64,000 nucleotides of DNA from Phoronis australis (taxonomy: Eukaryota > Animalia > Phoronida), in NCBI GenBank assembly GCA_002633005.1, contig NMRA01000103.1, positions 940,624-1,004,623 on the forward strand, given 5' to 3'. Of the stretch, positions 61,459 through 64,000 are shown piece by piece. How positions within the stretch are numbered: position 1 is the first letter of the stretch; each line of letters begins with the position of its first letter. Under the pieces are notes generated by a model that worked only from the letters and a program-made list of their open reading frames with translations, was not told the origin of the DNA and made no database searches. A program made the position numbers and the translations under genes.

Positions 61459-62677
61459 CGTGACAGTGAACATGTCTAACGCAATAAGGTACTTAAAGTA
61501 CTGTACAGTAAATGTTCTGACAGTACTAAAAATATTTCAGCGATTTTTAAGCTCGAGTTTAACTCATCAATCGTAACAGCCAACTGTAGGATGAAGCAAA
61601 ATACGAATAAATTCCGAAAATTTCTGGGCGAAGTCCCAAACGTCGTGGGATGCCGTGTCCTCCATGTTTCCCCTGTTGCCCGTCAAAAATCTGCGAGCAC
61701 ACCTTCGAATATTGGTTTAATATTCTGTTTTGATAAACAACGAATTTGTTGGTTGCTTGATTATATGTGCGTTTATTCTACGACTATCGACTGACTTGTA
61801 CATTAGTTTTGACAGTTAGAAGCTCACATTTTAAGTGTTTTGTAAGAATGCATGACGTTTAATTCAATGAACTTAAATGCAAGCTGAAATTGGGAAGATC
61901 TAAATCATCAGCTTCCCAAAGTTAAGAAGTATATCAGACGATTTTTCAAACCTAGAATCTTTCTCAAGATATTGACGCAATTCGGATATTCATTCAGGGC
62001 GTCATAAAATGTACTCATGCATTTTTTATTTACTTAGAGACAAGACTGGTGGTGACGCTGACATCGAAACATCTGTTTCAAAAACAAGGCGAAAGGGCAA
62101 ATGAACAGCAAAAATACACTGTAAGCAATAAAGGTACTAATGTATATGGAAAGCTTCCTCTCGTCATGTTNTATGGAAAGCTTCCTCTTGTCATGTTGTA
62201 GGGTGATTGCCAAGGTAAAGAGAGTTTTGGAGCTGTTTTTATTTTTTGGTTGACTCTCGAAGGCTATCTCAAATACAGAGCATTGAACGCAGAGGCAACG
62301 TCTGAATTAGTATAGGTCTGTGTAACAAGTGGTTCATGCCACTACAAGAAACGGACACTGCAATGCAACGGTTGATCTACATTTCAGCGTCTTCTTACAT
62401 GGTACATGTGCTAACGGCGAGCTATTATTGACGCTGCACAGGTAACATTGCTGTTCAATTGACACTAAGGCGTGGCATTTTCGCAAGACCAGAACCATTT
62501 CTAGGGTCCGTTTCATGAAAAAAGACTTAAAATTAGTGACTTGTAGTTTGTCTTACTTTCCAATTTCATATCTGCTGGGAATGGATTAGTCTTGTAATTA
62601 CGGTCACATCACGTACTTTTAAATAAGGTATAGAAATTACCACCAACATCTTGTGTATGATTTCTGAGAGACAGTTA

Positions 62678-63240
62678 GGAGAGTTTTTCTCGAGTGAGTT
62701 CTGATTATTGGGGACAAGTATATCAGCACAAGAGTAATATATATATTAAATTGTATTGGTAAGTTCAGTCACGGCTCTACATTTAATCATTTTACAGAAG
62801 ATACCAGATGGTTGTCTAACGGCTTTACAAATAATCCTTTTACAGAAGATACCAGATGGGTGTCTTAATTACAAGAGATAACATAAGCATTTAAGATACC
62901 CAATACATTACTTAGTATCGCATACAAAATGGCACAAGTTTGTGTAGTACAAAAGGGGTATATAATACTAAAATGGGTATTAGCCAATTGCCTACTAAGT
63001 GGGTCGAGGAAAACGGAATACTCAATAATAAATACCAAATGGATACAAACTGACAAATGGGAAAAAATCATATAAAGTACCAAGTGGATACACCAAACAT
63101 CCAACTGGGCTATAACAACCTGGCAAAACAGATTCCGGACAAGCCGAATGAGCAGACCAAGTAGAGTGATAAAAAGAGATCTTGTAATGAACGTGGTGTT
63201 GTGGCTCATTTTGTGCCCATTGTCCTGAGAGCTGTGGATA
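62678..63240 (-). repeat. Right arm of the inverted repeat pair
   Basis: See 58025-58490; includes a small internal duplication of ttttacagaagataccagatgg. Confidence 0.85.
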
Positions 63241-64000
63241 ATGCATGTATAAAGGAAAGAAAAAGTGGTTTATCTTGTGGCCCCTGAAGACAAAAGTTCT
63301 GAGTGGTATGAATTCTGAGCCTGTTCAAACTGAGCCAATATCCACTGTGAAATATTGAAGTCCATACCTCGTTCAGAATTTCTTCTGGAAGATCGTGGAA
63401 GTTCAGGGCACAAACACTCTCTCCTTGAGTGAAAACCGGGACCAAATTCTCTTCGGTGAAAATAATATGTGATTTGACTCTATGACTGGTCGTGTTCAGT
63501 CACAAATTTGTCTATCCTGGCTAGTATAAGAGCCCGTAGTGTGCCAATCGCTTGGATTTATGCTGTATTCTCTAGCATCTCAGATGTTCTTTAGCATGAC
63601 TGACTAAAGCCGCTAAGCTTTTGTGATCGCACTTATTTGACGAAAATTCTCTAAACGGGCAGAAAGGACCTTTGTTACTTATTTTGTTTTAAATCTTATG
63701 ATAGCAATTCTTACAAATTCAAACTTCAAGGGGATTTATTTACATTTAGTTGACCTGAATTTGTCAAATAAATGATAATAAAAGAAAACTAAAGGCTTTA
63801 TGTACAGTTTTTCTAAATATCCTCAAACCTAATGCCAAATGACTCGTTGGGCAAACGTCGTTGGCTTCAGTTTTCATACTGATCGCGTAATGTATCCAGA
63901 CAGAGCCACTGTTTCCCGTGTTGCGTATGCGATTATGCTCAATAATAACGATAGATAACAAAAATGATTACAAACTCAACAGCATTATTATTAATATTCA

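Noticed and set aside
62146-62197. 25-bp direct duplication
   Set aside because: Separated by an N (62171); likely an assembly artefact.
63206-63445. F-box-like (LPEEIL) or DIRS recombinase-like ORF
   Set aside because: Only a few residues match and no further diagnostic motif is present.

Overview
This is AT-rich eukaryotic (most likely marine invertebrate) genomic DNA with GT-AG spliced genes, not prokaryotic DNA. All genes are on the minus strand. (1) A secreted tandem-MAM-domain protein (MALRD1/MAM-LDL-like family). I assembled 20 coding exons by hand from ATG 21159 to 29 (about 1252 aa, 7 MAM domains, 3' end outside the window); it is built from a repeated MAM-MAM-MAM-Thr/Pro-linker unit. 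(2) A single-coding-exon CD20/MS4A-like tetraspan gene (25779-26537). (3) A heavily decayed, intronless leucine-rich-repeat receptor pseudogene (about 30650-33560). (4) A six-exon opioid-growth-factor-receptor (OGFr) domain gene (36713-44659) that the ORF track mostly misses; its conserved His motifs are replaced and its 5' end is unresolved. The rest is transposon debris: a Sola3-like transposase with long degenerate TIRs, two LINE remnants, THAP fragments, many MITEs (some with 5-bp TSDs), minisatellites and microsatellites. Duplications flanking N bases look like assembly artefacts. I found no clearly novel multi-gene system; the divergent OGFr-like gene and the MAM triplet architecture are the best leads. 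Family assignments come from recalled motifs, not database searches.
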